A stretch of 64,000 bases of DNA from a virus (taxonomy: Duplodnaviria > Caudoviricetes): the IMG/VR virus record IMGVR_UViG_3300014204_000172, positions 1 to 64,000 of that record; one strand, written 5' to 3'. The notes beneath the pieces are model-generated. The model saw only the letters and a list, made by a program, of their open reading frames with translations, made no database searches and was not told where the DNA came from. This document shows positions 9,605 through 18,880 of the stretch, piece after piece. Position 1 is the first letter of the stretch, and each line of letters starts with the position of its first letter. The position numbers were made by a program, and so were the translations under genes.

Positions 9605-12004
9605 TTAAGATAATTCCCTCTTTAATTGGACTTCATCTTTACTTATTTTTAATGTATTATTTTTGCTTCCTACAATATATTCGTATTCTTCATCACCACC
9701 AAATAAGAAATCAGAAGTTCTTAAATAAGGCGTTGTTTCATGGTTAAGTAATATATCTTCCAAAGGTATTTCTTTAATGATTACAATTCCCTTCTTATTC
9801 GCGAATCTTTCTGCAACCCCAAGATCGCTAGTCCATGAAGAAACTGGATAGGTAGCTATTTCTATCTCATTTTCTTTTTTTAATAAATCTTTAATCTTAT
9901 TGGCATATTCACCTTGGATCCCACGATATAATTTAATTTTACCGTCAATTGCTCTGTCTTTTAAAATACGTTGCGTTTCCTGTACTTGTCCTAAAAAGCT
10001 ATTAATTGTTTCTTGGGAATAAAACTGGACTCTTTTCATATTCATATTAATATCGTACATCTTTTCATACCATTCTTTTTCTATTAATTCTTGCTTACAT
10101 CTATCAATAATAGTTTTTTCCCAGTTAGCCAATTCTTTTGCATGCCCTTCTTTATTGACTAAATCTTCTACTTGATTAATTTCCTCTAATAATGTTTTTT
10201 TTCTATCTTCCCATCTTGTCTGCATTTTAATATCAGCAGGACTTATTTCTCCTTTGTAGTAAGCTATTGCCATGGTTCTTAATGGATTTGGATCGCTAGG
10301 CATTGGTCCTTTATAATAAGCCATCATTTGTGCTAAGGAACCAGTTTCTTCTTCATTGGGAGCAGCCGATCTAAAACTACCTACTTCATATTTACTCTCA
10401 CTCAAATAGGAATACATATCATTAATTAATTGTTGCACTTCCGGGACTTCTTCTATAGTTCTTCCTATCCATTCATCTTTTCCAGACATAATCGTATTTT
10501 CTTTTAATTTATTTCCTTCAAATTCTGTACCAGTAAATATTGATAATGCATCTTTACCTTCTTTAATGGGAACTATTTCGGTAGATAAACCTCGACCTTC
10601 AACGGCTAATATTATTTTTTGATTGTATTCTTTTCTGTAATCTTCAAATCTTTCATTCTCCCTATCTATATGTCGTTTATAATAATCAATATTGAATGGT
10701 GCTTCTTTTTTTTCTTGATCTGTTCCATTCTTTAGTAATTCTTCCTGCTTTCTTATTTCTTCATTTGCATATTTAATTTGATTATCACGCCAATCCTTTT
10801 TGGATGTATAATCCCATGATTTTTCAAAGGGAAACAATTCTAATACTTTATTTCGACCCATCATGATTAATTGTTTTCCTTCTGATGTATGAGTTGTTTT
10901 TTTGGAATTATCGGATGTTTCTTTATTTGATGAGCCACTATTACTAGAATCTCCACTACAGAATTGACCACCATTACTTTGTCCTGCTTCTTCGTGGCAG
11001 GTGTTGAATTTGGATACATTTTCATTAGGCTGTAGGATTACTTTATAAATTTTACCTTCTGTTTCATCTATTTGATTAATATCTTTAATTGGTTTTCCTT
11101 TAATTTCTTTATCCATGGAAGTGTAATAGTCTTTTATATCATATTCTTGTATTTCCTTTAATTTAAATTCCTGACCACCTTTTATTAATATCTCTGAAAA
11201 AGAATCCTTACCAAAACTTGTTATAGGTATACTTTTCGTTACTCCTTGAGTTTCAAAAACTATTCTTACTTCGTTCTTTTTATCCGTATAACTTTCAGTA
11301 AATTCTTTAGCTTTTCCCCAATCAGTAGTCCAAGAAGATAAGCCATTCTGCCCTACTGGTTTATCGTTTAAAAGGCTTAAAATTAAATTCTTTCCATCAT
11401 CCTCTTCTAAATAAATTCCTCTAAATATTGGTATGTCCTGTTGAAAGATTACTCCTTTTTCAAATAGGCTATTTATAATTTCATCTTCTCTTTTTACTGT
11501 TTCGTATATTTCTTTGCTAGCCATGCTTACTGTTTCTTTTCCGTTATAAGTTGTTTTGTATGTATAATCTTTTGCTTCTATTGTTTTTTTATATAAATCA
11601 TAATTTCCATTGACTTGTTCATAAACTCTAATAGCTGAACAAAAATTGTAATCAGCCCAATCATTCATGGTCTTTGTTATTTCTTTCCATTGTTTATCTG
11701 TATATTTTTCTCCATGCGTTTCTAAAGCTTTTCTAAATTCATTTCTTTCTACATCATATTCTTTGCTATTGTTAAATTGGGCTTTAATATTTTTTGATGG
11801 TACATTCCGTCTAGGTAGACCATATTCAATTAATTTAGGAGATTTATCGTTTTTTAAATTTCCATTACTGCTATCTGAATCATCTGAACAGAATTTTCCG
11901 TCTTCTGGACTATGACATTCATTGAATTTAAAAATGAATAAATCATTTAAAGATTTTTTAAATGTTCTCGGTTTTTTTAAATATCTATCAAATGTTTTAA
12001 TCAT
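9605..12004 (-). CDS. Multidomain (polyvalent-type) protein with two ADP-ribosyltransferase-like domains
   Basis: Domain 1 IFRG/LSSWTT/FSEILI; domain 2 LYRG/VSSWTS/EEYEYIV; two KFNxCH..GxFCS leaders. Confidence 0.7.
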   Translation of the reverse strand: MIKTFDRYLKKPRTFKKSLNDLFIFKFNECHSPEDGKFCSDDSDSSNGNLKNDKSPKLIEYGLPRRNVPSKNIKAQFNNSKEYDVERNEFRKALETHGEKYTDKQWKEITKTMNDWADYNFCSAIRVYEQVNGNYDLYKKTIEAKDYTYKTTYNGKETVSMASKEIYETVKREDEIINSLFEKGVIFQQDIPIFRGIYLEEDDGKNLILSLLNDKPVGQNGLSSWTTDWGKAKEFTESYTDKKNEVRIVFETQGVTKSIPITSFGKDSFSEILIKGGQEFKLKEIQEYDIKDYYTSMDKEIKGKPIKDINQIDETEGKIYKVILQPNENVSKFNTCHEEAGQSNGGQFCSGDSSNSGSSNKETSDNSKKTTHTSEGKQLIMMGRNKVLELFPFEKSWDYTSKKDWRDNQIKYANEEIRKQEELLKNGTDQEKKEAPFNIDYYKRHIDRENERFEDYRKEYNQKIILAVEGRGLSTEIVPIKEGKDALSIFTGTEFEGNKLKENTIMSGKDEWIGRTIEEVPEVQQLINDMYSYLSESKYEVGSFRSAAPNEEETGSLAQMMAYYKGPMPSDPNPLRTMAIAYYKGEISPADIKMQTRWEDRKKTLLEEINQVEDLVNKEGHAKELANWEKTIIDRCKQELIEKEWYEKMYDINMNMKRVQFYSQETINSFLGQVQETQRILKDRAIDGKIKLYRGIQGEYANKIKDLLKKENEIEIATYPVSSWTSDLGVAERFANKKGIVIIKEIPLEDILLNHETTPYLRTSDFLFGGDEEYEYIVGSKNNTLKISKDEVQLKRELS

Positions 12005-12106
12005 TATTCCATTTTACTCTTTTTTTCTGCTTTTTACTCATTTTTGAAAATACTCATTAATGCTGAATAAAATGATGGTAGACCACCGGGAGAACATTCG
12101 AGATAG

Positions 12107-12277
12107 TTACGATTTTTCGTTTGTAACTCCTTGTAACAATAATGGTTCACTTTCAATTACTCTAGCTGATCCTTCTGGAATAGTAGAATCTTCTTTTTTT
12201 AAATCATTGAGAACTGAAACAAAGGTAAAATATTTTAAAATCATATCCATATAGTTGTTTACTTTTTTATTATCCAT
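12107..12277 (-). CDS. Small hypothetical protein (56 aa, not in ORF track)
   Basis: Hand-translated MDNKKVNNYMDMILKYFTF...; fills the gap between MuF and the ART gene. Confidence 0.5.
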   Translation of the reverse strand: MDNKKVNNYMDMILKYFTFVSVLNDLKKEDSTIPEGSARVIESEPLLLQGVTNEKS

Positions 12278-12283
12278 GGTTAG

Positions 12284-13147
12284 TTATACCTCGTTGAATC
12301 CACATAAGCATCGACAATTTGGATGGCTCAACGAAGGAATAGTTATCATCCGTCCATCCGGGAGTACAAATAAATCATTTAAACCAATTCTTGTACCTTC
12401 CATTTCTCCGCAAATAGGGCATACCCTTTCATCTAAAGCAGTTAGCCATTCCTTCTCTAAATTACCAATTAAATTTTGTTTCTGTCCTTCTCTGACTGAA
12501 TACTCTGCGCCTGTATTGTAAGCATTCGCAAGTTCTGTTCTGGCTATGGTGTTAGCTCGTTGTCTGTGTTTTCCTTGGGCGTATCTGATAGTAAGATTTA
12601 ATGCTTTGTCTTTGTTGTAATTGTCTTTGATTAGTGATTCATAATAAGTCATTACTGACTGGCTCTGTTTATTGGTTAAACCGATAACCGGTCTGATTAA
12701 ATATTGTAATTGGTCAGGATGCATGGCTTTGTCTTGACTAATCGTAGAACCAATAATAGTTTTTAGTGCTTCTGTTTGCATACTCGTCATATCTCTGACT
12801 AATTGAACGCCTTTACTATCTACCCATTGTTTAGCACCTATCCAATCCTCAATCCAATTACGTCTGAATCCCTGTTGCGTATTGGTCATGGCTTGGCTAA
12901 TCGTCTGAGCTAATAAAGGTTGAAAATGAGTTACTACTAGCTGAGAGTAATTCATTCTCCATTGATTGACTATTTTTTCAGCGATGGTTCCAACTAAAAA
13001 AGCCTGTGCTATTTCTTTATAGCTAATTTCATTTTGCTGTAAGTTCCAGAAGGTAGTTAATAATCGAACCAGTTTTGGTTCTTTACTATCCAAGTAATTT
13101 ATCATTCTTGAATGTAAAGCTAAATTTCGTTGAGAAATGCGAGGCAT
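12284..13147 (-). CDS. Minor head morphogenesis protein (MuF / SPP1 gp7 family), short form without a toxin extension
   Basis: RANTIARTEL, EWLTALDERVCPIC, HPNCRC motifs. Confidence 0.92.
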   Translation of the reverse strand: MPRISQRNLALHSRMINYLDSKEPKLVRLLTTFWNLQQNEISYKEIAQAFLVGTIAEKIVNQWRMNYSQLVVTHFQPLLAQTISQAMTNTQQGFRRNWIEDWIGAKQWVDSKGVQLVRDMTSMQTEALKTIIGSTISQDKAMHPDQLQYLIRPVIGLTNKQSQSVMTYYESLIKDNYNKDKALNLTIRYAQGKHRQRANTIARTELANAYNTGAEYSVREGQKQNLIGNLEKEWLTALDERVCPICGEMEGTRIGLNDLFVLPDGRMITIPSLSHPNCRCLCGFNEV

Positions 13148-14689
13148 TTAGATTCTCAAATAGCTACCGAATGTTGAGTATCTTTTCTTTATTTCCGGCT
13201 GTTTTTGATTTGCTTTTGGATTGTTTTTATCTTTTAAGGATTGAAAGAATTTAGCATTATCATTGGTTTTTTGATTTAGTTGCTGTTCTTGTAGTTTAGC
13301 TTTATTGTTTAAATCATTAATCGCTGTCTGCTGTTCTTCTTTCTGTTGAGCTACCTGCTGTTCGTATGTTTCATCTTCTTTAGGTAATCCTGAAATCATC
13401 TTCGCCCATTGTTCCAATTTAGGACCGGGAATAATAACCCCGGAAGCAATCATCGAAGAGATCCAGCTAGCCAATTCATTTAAATCAGGAACCTCAACAT
13501 CTCCATGGATAATTTTAGGGTAACCAGTAATACCAGTAAAATGTCTTTCATTTAACTTGAATAAATCCGGTACAGCTTGGCTATTCATGGTCTGACAAAT
13601 GATATCTAAATAAGCACCTATAGCTACTCCGAATGTATTAGTTTTGGATGATGCTAATGCATAAGAGCCTACCTGCTGGTGACCTAAAAGGATCATATCA
13701 GCAAATCCATTCATGGCTATTCTCGTATCATATCTCTGAATGATTTTATCAGTATCAATTTGTTTAGAGCCACCAGAACTCATTAAAGAAAGAACCCATC
13801 CAAAAGGTATAACGATTCCCTCTACCTTATCTCGTCTGATATTTTGTACAATTGACTTAGCGTTATTTAAAAAAGATACCATTTTAGGATCTTTGGTATC
13901 CCAGATATTTGTACCTTCCGGGGCTTGTAATAATGGTAAACCAGCTAAATCTCGTTCAATACCGATTCCTTCAATAATCTTTAGGTTTTTTTTGTAGTAA
14001 TAACTTTCATAAGCTCCACGCCAAATAGAACGACCCTCTGGATTGTCTTTGATGGATGTAGTACGAAAATGAATAGCTTTGCTTAATGGTATTGTTTTTA
14101 ATTCATAACTAGGCGGTGGCATTTGTGTCATTCCCAATAATTCATCGGAAGACTCATCGATAACCCATTCATATAAGGAATCCTGACTACGTATAGGTAG
14201 TTTTCTCCAACCGATTAATCCATCATCAAATTTAGATCTCATTCGTAAATCAGGATGATCGCCTCTTCTTAGTTTGTATACTTTTTCGTGATAACTAAAT
14301 CCGTAATCTAAGAAGGATAAAGCCTCAGCAATAAAATCAATGAATGTTTTATTTAAATCATCCATGCAATCTTTAAGGAATTGTGCTGCTTCCATATCTA
14401 TTGGATCTTCACTAGCTGGTTCAACATCGAATGTAGCTTGTCTAATCATCAGTTCAATTAAGCGATCGACAGCAAAGACAACATCGTCATTATTGGTCAT
14501 TTCCTTATAAGTTCTGACACCTTTACGCCCTTTTAGTTCTTCTAGGAATTCTTCAAAGAATACTCCGGCGTATCTAAATTGACCTACTGCTCCTAATTCC
14601 TGATAAACACTATAGCGTTCTCTTTCATCTTTAGCTTCGGTAGCATTCATAGGATTTAAAGTAGCGTTACTCGTCGTATCGTCTGGCAT
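13148..14689 (-). CDS. Portal protein (DUF935/Mu gp29-like)
   Basis: FFEEFLEELKG..YKEM, GFSYHEKVY, NPEGRSIWRGAY, IGIERDLAGLP. Confidence 0.9.
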   Translation of the reverse strand: MPDDTTSNATLNPMNATEAKDERERYSVYQELGAVGQFRYAGVFFEEFLEELKGRKGVRTYKEMTNNDDVVFAVDRLIELMIRQATFDVEPASEDPIDMEAAQFLKDCMDDLNKTFIDFIAEALSFLDYGFSYHEKVYKLRRGDHPDLRMRSKFDDGLIGWRKLPIRSQDSLYEWVIDESSDELLGMTQMPPPSYELKTIPLSKAIHFRTTSIKDNPEGRSIWRGAYESYYYKKNLKIIEGIGIERDLAGLPLLQAPEGTNIWDTKDPKMVSFLNNAKSIVQNIRRDKVEGIVIPFGWVLSLMSSGGSKQIDTDKIIQRYDTRIAMNGFADMILLGHQQVGSYALASSKTNTFGVAIGAYLDIICQTMNSQAVPDLFKLNERHFTGITGYPKIIHGDVEVPDLNELASWISSMIASGVIIPGPKLEQWAKMISGLPKEDETYEQQVAQQKEEQQTAINDLNNKAKLQEQQLNQKTNDNAKFFQSLKDKNNPKANQKQPEIKKRYSTFGSYLRI

Positions 14690-14692
14690 ATT

Positions 14693-16225
14693 TTACCCAC
14701 CTTTCCAATATGAATTCTTTTCTATGGCTGTAGGCATCTCTTCATCACTCTTTTCTGGTTTCATGCAATATATTATACCTAGGCTCATAGCATCCACAAT
14801 ATCTTTTAATATCATTTTAGGGAAACCTAATAATTGATTTTTAAAATCTTCTACCCATGGTTGATGTAAAGAAGGATCAGGTAAAAGAATATTGCCGGAT
14901 AACCAATAACCAGTAGTAGCCCTAGCTCTTTCCTCTTTGCTTCCCTTAGGTTTAACTAAAATAATCCCCGGAATTGTTTTATGTAAGGTATCTGAAACGG
15001 ATTGAGCAGCAGCAGCATCTTCTACAATCTTTTTTCTGACTTCAATATACTTGTCGTGAATACTCCTGAATTCATTACAAATATCGGTGAATGCCATTTT
15101 ACGATGAACCAAGTCAATGATATATACCATCATTCCATCCTGAGCTGCAATAATACAAGCACATTCCGCCGTATTTTCTCCCTTTTTAAATGGCATATCC
15201 CAGAAAGAGAACCATTCAGCAGATTCAGGAACAGCATCGAAATAATGGGTAAACATTTCCTGTTTGAATATGATACCTTCAGCCGGTGTCGGATTCTGTT
15301 GGAATTGAGCTGAAAAGTATTGAGGACCCATGTTGACCCACATCTTGTCTAATGTCTTTTGGCTTAATCGAATAGGATCCAATAAATCATCTTTTTCTCT
15401 TATCTTATACGTCTTACTTATAGGAAAATAGATGGTTTGTCTTTCCTCAGCTTTAGCAGGTAAGATTAATTTATCCCATCCTAACTCATTGATAAAATGG
15501 TTTGCAGCATCCGCCTCATGTAAGCGTTGCATAATACATATCATGTTTCCGGTTTCCTGATCGTTTAATCGTGTTGCCAAAGTGTTTTTAAAAAATGTTA
15601 TAACATTCTCTCTGACTGTTTCTGAAAATGCTTCATCCGGTTTCTGTGGATCATCAATAATAATACAATCTCCACCTTCTCCTGTTAACATACCACCAAT
15701 GGATGTAGCAAACATAAATCCTGAATCTAAGTTTTCAAACATTTCTTTCTGGTTTGTATCATGGCTCAGTATAACTTTCCAGTAGTTCTGGTACCATTTG
15801 GAATTAATTAACTTTCTAGCGATAACATTATGTTTGGTTGATAGTCTATAGCTATAAGAAACTTTGATAAATCGTTTCCATGGTTTAGTAGTCCAAACCC
15901 ATGAAGGATAAGCAACAGCTACCGATAACGATTTAGTGGATCGAGGCGGTACATTAATAACTAAATTTTGTATCTGTCCTCGTTCAATGGCTGTTAAGTA
16001 TTCACAGATAGCATCTAAATGCCAGTTCCATATAAAGCTTCTTTTCGATTCGTAATTACCCCATGATGCCTTTAGAAATTCAGCTAAGTTTCTTTCGTAA
16101 ACTGCTTTTTCTAAACAATAATCATGAAGTTTTGGATTTTTTGGCTTTTTCGTTAATTCGTTGGTAAGTAAGTAATTCGTCATCGGTGAGGTTTGAGAAA
16201 TCATAGACCTCCTCTGAATCTTCAT
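14693..16225 (-). CDS. terL: Terminase large subunit (exact start uncertain: 16225, 16204 or 16183)
   Basis: WNWHLDAIC, NVPPRSTKS (Walker A), IIIDDP (Walker B), QQNPTP, nuclease WD..K and KDIVDAMS. Confidence 0.93.
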   Translation of the reverse strand: MKIQRRSMISQTSPMTNYLLTNELTKKPKNPKLHDYCLEKAVYERNLAEFLKASWGNYESKRSFIWNWHLDAICEYLTAIERGQIQNLVINVPPRSTKSLSVAVAYPSWVWTTKPWKRFIKVSYSYRLSTKHNVIARKLINSKWYQNYWKVILSHDTNQKEMFENLDSGFMFATSIGGMLTGEGGDCIIIDDPQKPDEAFSETVRENVITFFKNTLATRLNDQETGNMICIMQRLHEADAANHFINELGWDKLILPAKAEERQTIYFPISKTYKIREKDDLLDPIRLSQKTLDKMWVNMGPQYFSAQFQQNPTPAEGIIFKQEMFTHYFDAVPESAEWFSFWDMPFKKGENTAECACIIAAQDGMMVYIIDLVHRKMAFTDICNEFRSIHDKYIEVRKKIVEDAAAAQSVSDTLHKTIPGIILVKPKGSKEERARATTGYWLSGNILLPDPSLHQPWVEDFKNQLLGFPKMILKDIVDAMSLGIIYCMKPEKSDEEMPTAIEKNSYWKGG

Positions 16226-16697
16226 TAAGCTTTTGTATGTTTGTAACGTCCTGAGTCAATATGGTCTGTTTTGATTTTTCCATCCATTTGTCCGGCGCTC
16301 TGTTTGCTAAAAGCATTTTAATAGCAAATGCAGAAGGTGGCATCTTTTTTTTATGTACCACTTTATTCATGATTGTTTGTTTCATCTCAACAACTACACC
16401 GTTTTGATCTACTTTGATTGGTACTATTTTGTAACTAATGTCTTCCTCTTCATATTCATAACCGTTAGCTAGTTTATATAGGGAATCTTCTGTGGTTTTT
16501 ACCTTGTATCCAATAGATTTAGCCCTGCCCTTAGATAAGGCATCTTTTAATTCCTGTTTGTCAGGATCTTTTAGCCATAAATGCCATGTATTATGACCAA
16601 TATTCAAATGTGCTCTTATTTCCTTATCCGTTTTTTCTTCTTCCGCTAATTGCTCTATTAGTGGTAATTTAGATTTAACGAATTCCCATTTTGCCAT
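16122..16697 (-). CDS. terS: Terminase small subunit
   Basis: N-terminal HTH, EDSLYKLANGYEYEE, C-terminal DFSNLTDDEL; precedes terL. Confidence 0.8.
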   Translation of the reverse strand: MAKWEFVKSKLPLIEQLAEEEKTDKEIRAHLNIGHNTWHLWLKDPDKQELKDALSKGRAKSIGYKVKTTEDSLYKLANGYEYEEEDISYKIVPIKVDQNGVVVEMKQTIMNKVVHKKKMPPSAFAIKMLLANRAPDKWMEKSKQTILTQDVTNIQKLNEDSEEVYDFSNLTDDELLTYQRINEKAKKSKTS

Positions 16698-16745
16698 TTA
16701 AAATTCCTTTTTTATCCTTTGCTATTTGGAATCAAACATAACTTG

Positions 16746-17453
16746 CTATTTTACCCAATGCTGACTACTTAAAAATAACTTATTGGTGTAATTAGTAACT
16801 TTACCATTCTTTCTAGTTAATGTAGCTATATTGTATTCTTCGTTAGCAATACCTTTCTTTAATCCATAATAACTTTCTTTTATCCATGAAGTAGAATCTA
16901 CGGAACTAAAATTGTTTTTAGTCATAATAGCTAAAGAAGTCATAGCTAATCCATGAATCTTTACATTCTTCTTGTTAGCCATATTGACAAAATAGGGAGC
17001 ATCTTCTTTTTTAGTTCTAGCTATAGCTACATAGGGATAATGTTTAATCATAAATTCAAAGTATGGTAAACCCCGGCATGGATGCCAGACAACAATAGGC
17101 GGTCTTCCTATTCTCTTGGTCATATAATCTCGCCATGATTCCACTTGGGTTAATCCTACCAAATTCTCAATGTCAAATTCGATATATTCATCAATGAACG
17201 ATTCGTGTCTAATAATGAAATCTATATATCGTTCTATATAGTCATGGTAATTCATTCTTTTTTTTTGGCTTCTCTTTTGGTAAGTAAATGCTCCCGAATC
17301 TAAAATAAAGAATTCACATACTTTGCTTATATCTGGAATAACCTTTTCCAGTTTTTCGGATTGAGCGAATGTCGATAACCAATATTTACATTTGCTATTA
17401 ATTAATACCGAATGATGGATCATTTCTTCTCCGCCAGCTAAACATAGTTTCAT
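16746..17453 (-). CDS. dpdA: tRNA-guanine-transglycosylase-like DNA base-exchange enzyme (phage DpdA-like)
   Basis: MKLCLAG, FILDSGAF, EFDI, WH, IHGLA, VDSTSW (TGT barrel motifs); inside que operon. Confidence 0.7.
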   Translation of the reverse strand: MKLCLAGGEEMIHHSVLINSKCKYWLSTFAQSEKLEKVIPDISKVCEFFILDSGAFTYQKRSQKKRMNYHDYIERYIDFIIRHESFIDEYIEFDIENLVGLTQVESWRDYMTKRIGRPPIVVWHPCRGLPYFEFMIKHYPYVAIARTKKEDAPYFVNMANKKNVKIHGLAMTSLAIMTKNNFSSVDSTSWIKESYYGLKKGIANEEYNIATLTRKNGKVTNYTNKLFLSSQHWVK

Positions 17454-17478
17454 TTAATTATTAACCATCCAATTTAAT

Positions 17479-18042
17479 TTATAAATTCTTAGTCGTAACT
17501 TTAATTGATTTATCTTTCATGGCTACTAATACCATATCCAATTCTTCTTTGTCTTTGCATTGAACCAATATGTCAAATTTATTGGTAGTATTAGCCATTT
17601 CTGCATCTTCCAATTCTGCGTTTTCTATTTCTGTGGTAAATATGACTATTTCTCTATCCGAAAATCCAGTTAATAGTAAATCATCTTTATCGATTGATAT
17701 TAAAATAGTTTTCAATTTGTCTATATCCCAGTATCCCTCTATTCTATTTAAAGCTATATTGAGTGCTTTTTCTTTGCTAATCGTTAAATTCTCAACTAAT
17801 ATGCATGGGATTTTAGTATCTGGTTTTTCTATATATATTTCCTTTAAAACTGATAATCTTTGATTTCCACCAATAACTATATTGTCTATGTTAATTACCA
17901 AAGGTTCCACTAAATCAAAATTAAGCAAGCTATCTTTCAATTGTTTGCGAGTATCAACAGTCAATACTCTAGGATTATTCTCAAATGGGATTAATTCGCT
18001 CAACAATCTCTCAGTAAATTTAGGTTCTTTGTTTGTATTCAT
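17479..18042 (-). CDS. ParB/Srx-like N-terminal domain protein
   Basis: LIPFENNPR, LVEPLVIN, IGGNQRL, EKALNIALNRIEG. Confidence 0.85.
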   Translation of the reverse strand: MNTNKEPKFTERLLSELIPFENNPRVLTVDTRKQLKDSLLNFDLVEPLVINIDNIVIGGNQRLSVLKEIYIEKPDTKIPCILVENLTISKEKALNIALNRIEGYWDIDKLKTILISIDKDDLLLTGFSDREIVIFTTEIENAELEDAEMANTTNKFDILVQCKDKEELDMVLVAMKDKSIKVTTKNL

Positions 18043-18557
18043 TTATAGCTAATCCCCTTTTCTGATAAATAATCCATCACTTCTTTTTTCTGTTTTTCAT
18101 TGATACAATGGATAACCAAATCAAAGCTGAAATTCTCCATTACGTTTGGTAAATTATCGGTAGTTGAATTATTCATAAAGATTGTTAATTCTTGGTCTGA
18201 AAATCCAGTTAGCGTTAAATCTAATCTATCGATAGTCAATATCATGTCTTTTAATTTTGAAACATCCCATACTCCCTCAATCCTGTTTAATGCTATATTT
18301 AAGGCTCTTTCTTTTGAAGATGTTAAGTAGTCAATATAAATGCAATCTAATGAATAATCTAATCCATATAGCTCAATTAAAACTGTAAATCGTTGGTTGC
18401 CACCCAATACTTCATTTTTTTTGTTAATTACTAATGGTTCAACAATTCCAAATTCTTCAATACTTGCTTTTAATTTGTCAAACATAAATTGCGGAAACAC
18501 TCTTGGATTGTTTTCAAAACTCTTTAACTCTTTTAACTGCCTTTTTACATATTTCAT
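18039..18557 (-). CDS. ParB/Srx-like protein (tandem paralogue)
   Basis: FENNPR, FGIVEPLVIN, LGGNQRF, ERALNIALNRIEG. Confidence 0.85.
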   Translation of the reverse strand: MKYVKRQLKELKSFENNPRVFPQFMFDKLKASIEEFGIVEPLVINKKNEVLGGNQRFTVLIELYGLDYSLDCIYIDYLTSSKERALNIALNRIEGVWDVSKLKDMILTIDRLDLTLTGFSDQELTIFMNNSTTDNLPNVMENFSFDLVIHCINEKQKKEVMDYLSEKGISYK

Positions 18558-18577
18558 GTATGCCTCTTTTTTTTAAA

Positions 18578-18877
18578 TTAAATCCTACATCTATTAGCTT
18601 GTTCAGCTAATTCTTTTTTTGAATAAACAATAGCATTGATTTTTTTATTAATGGCATATCCCTCAAGTTCCATGTCATTTAAAACTAGCAATAAAGTATT
18701 ACCATCGATAATGTCATAAAATGTATAATTTCCTTCTTTGCTTTCTACGACTGAAATAGTGAAGAATTGTCCTTTTTTCTGTATTTCTTCTTTAAGGAAT
18801 TTATACATTTTAGGATCAATAACTCTTGTTCCATCTCTTCTGACTAATGACCTATCAATTAAACATTGGTAACTCAT
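18578..18877 (-). CDS. Minimal ParB/Srx-like protein
   Basis: LKEEIQKKG..I.V..IIDGN pattern; lacks the usual HR residues. Confidence 0.55.
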   Translation of the reverse strand: MSYQCLIDRSLVRRDGTRVIDPKMYKFLKEEIQKKGQFFTISVVESKEGNYTFYDIIDGNTLLLVLNDMELEGYAINKKINAIVYSKKELAEQANRCRI

Positions 18878-18880
18878 GGG

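Noticed and set aside
16720-16748. TAG recoding/readthrough at the dpdA end (WVK*QVMFDSK*)
   Set aside because: TAG is clearly a stop elsewhere (tandem TAG TAG at 1771, TAG TAA TAA after capsid), and only 7 extra residues would be gained
17479-18877. ParABS plasmid-prophage partition system
   Set aside because: No ParA, no ParB HTH/dimerisation domains, no parS repeats seen; the context is DNA modification
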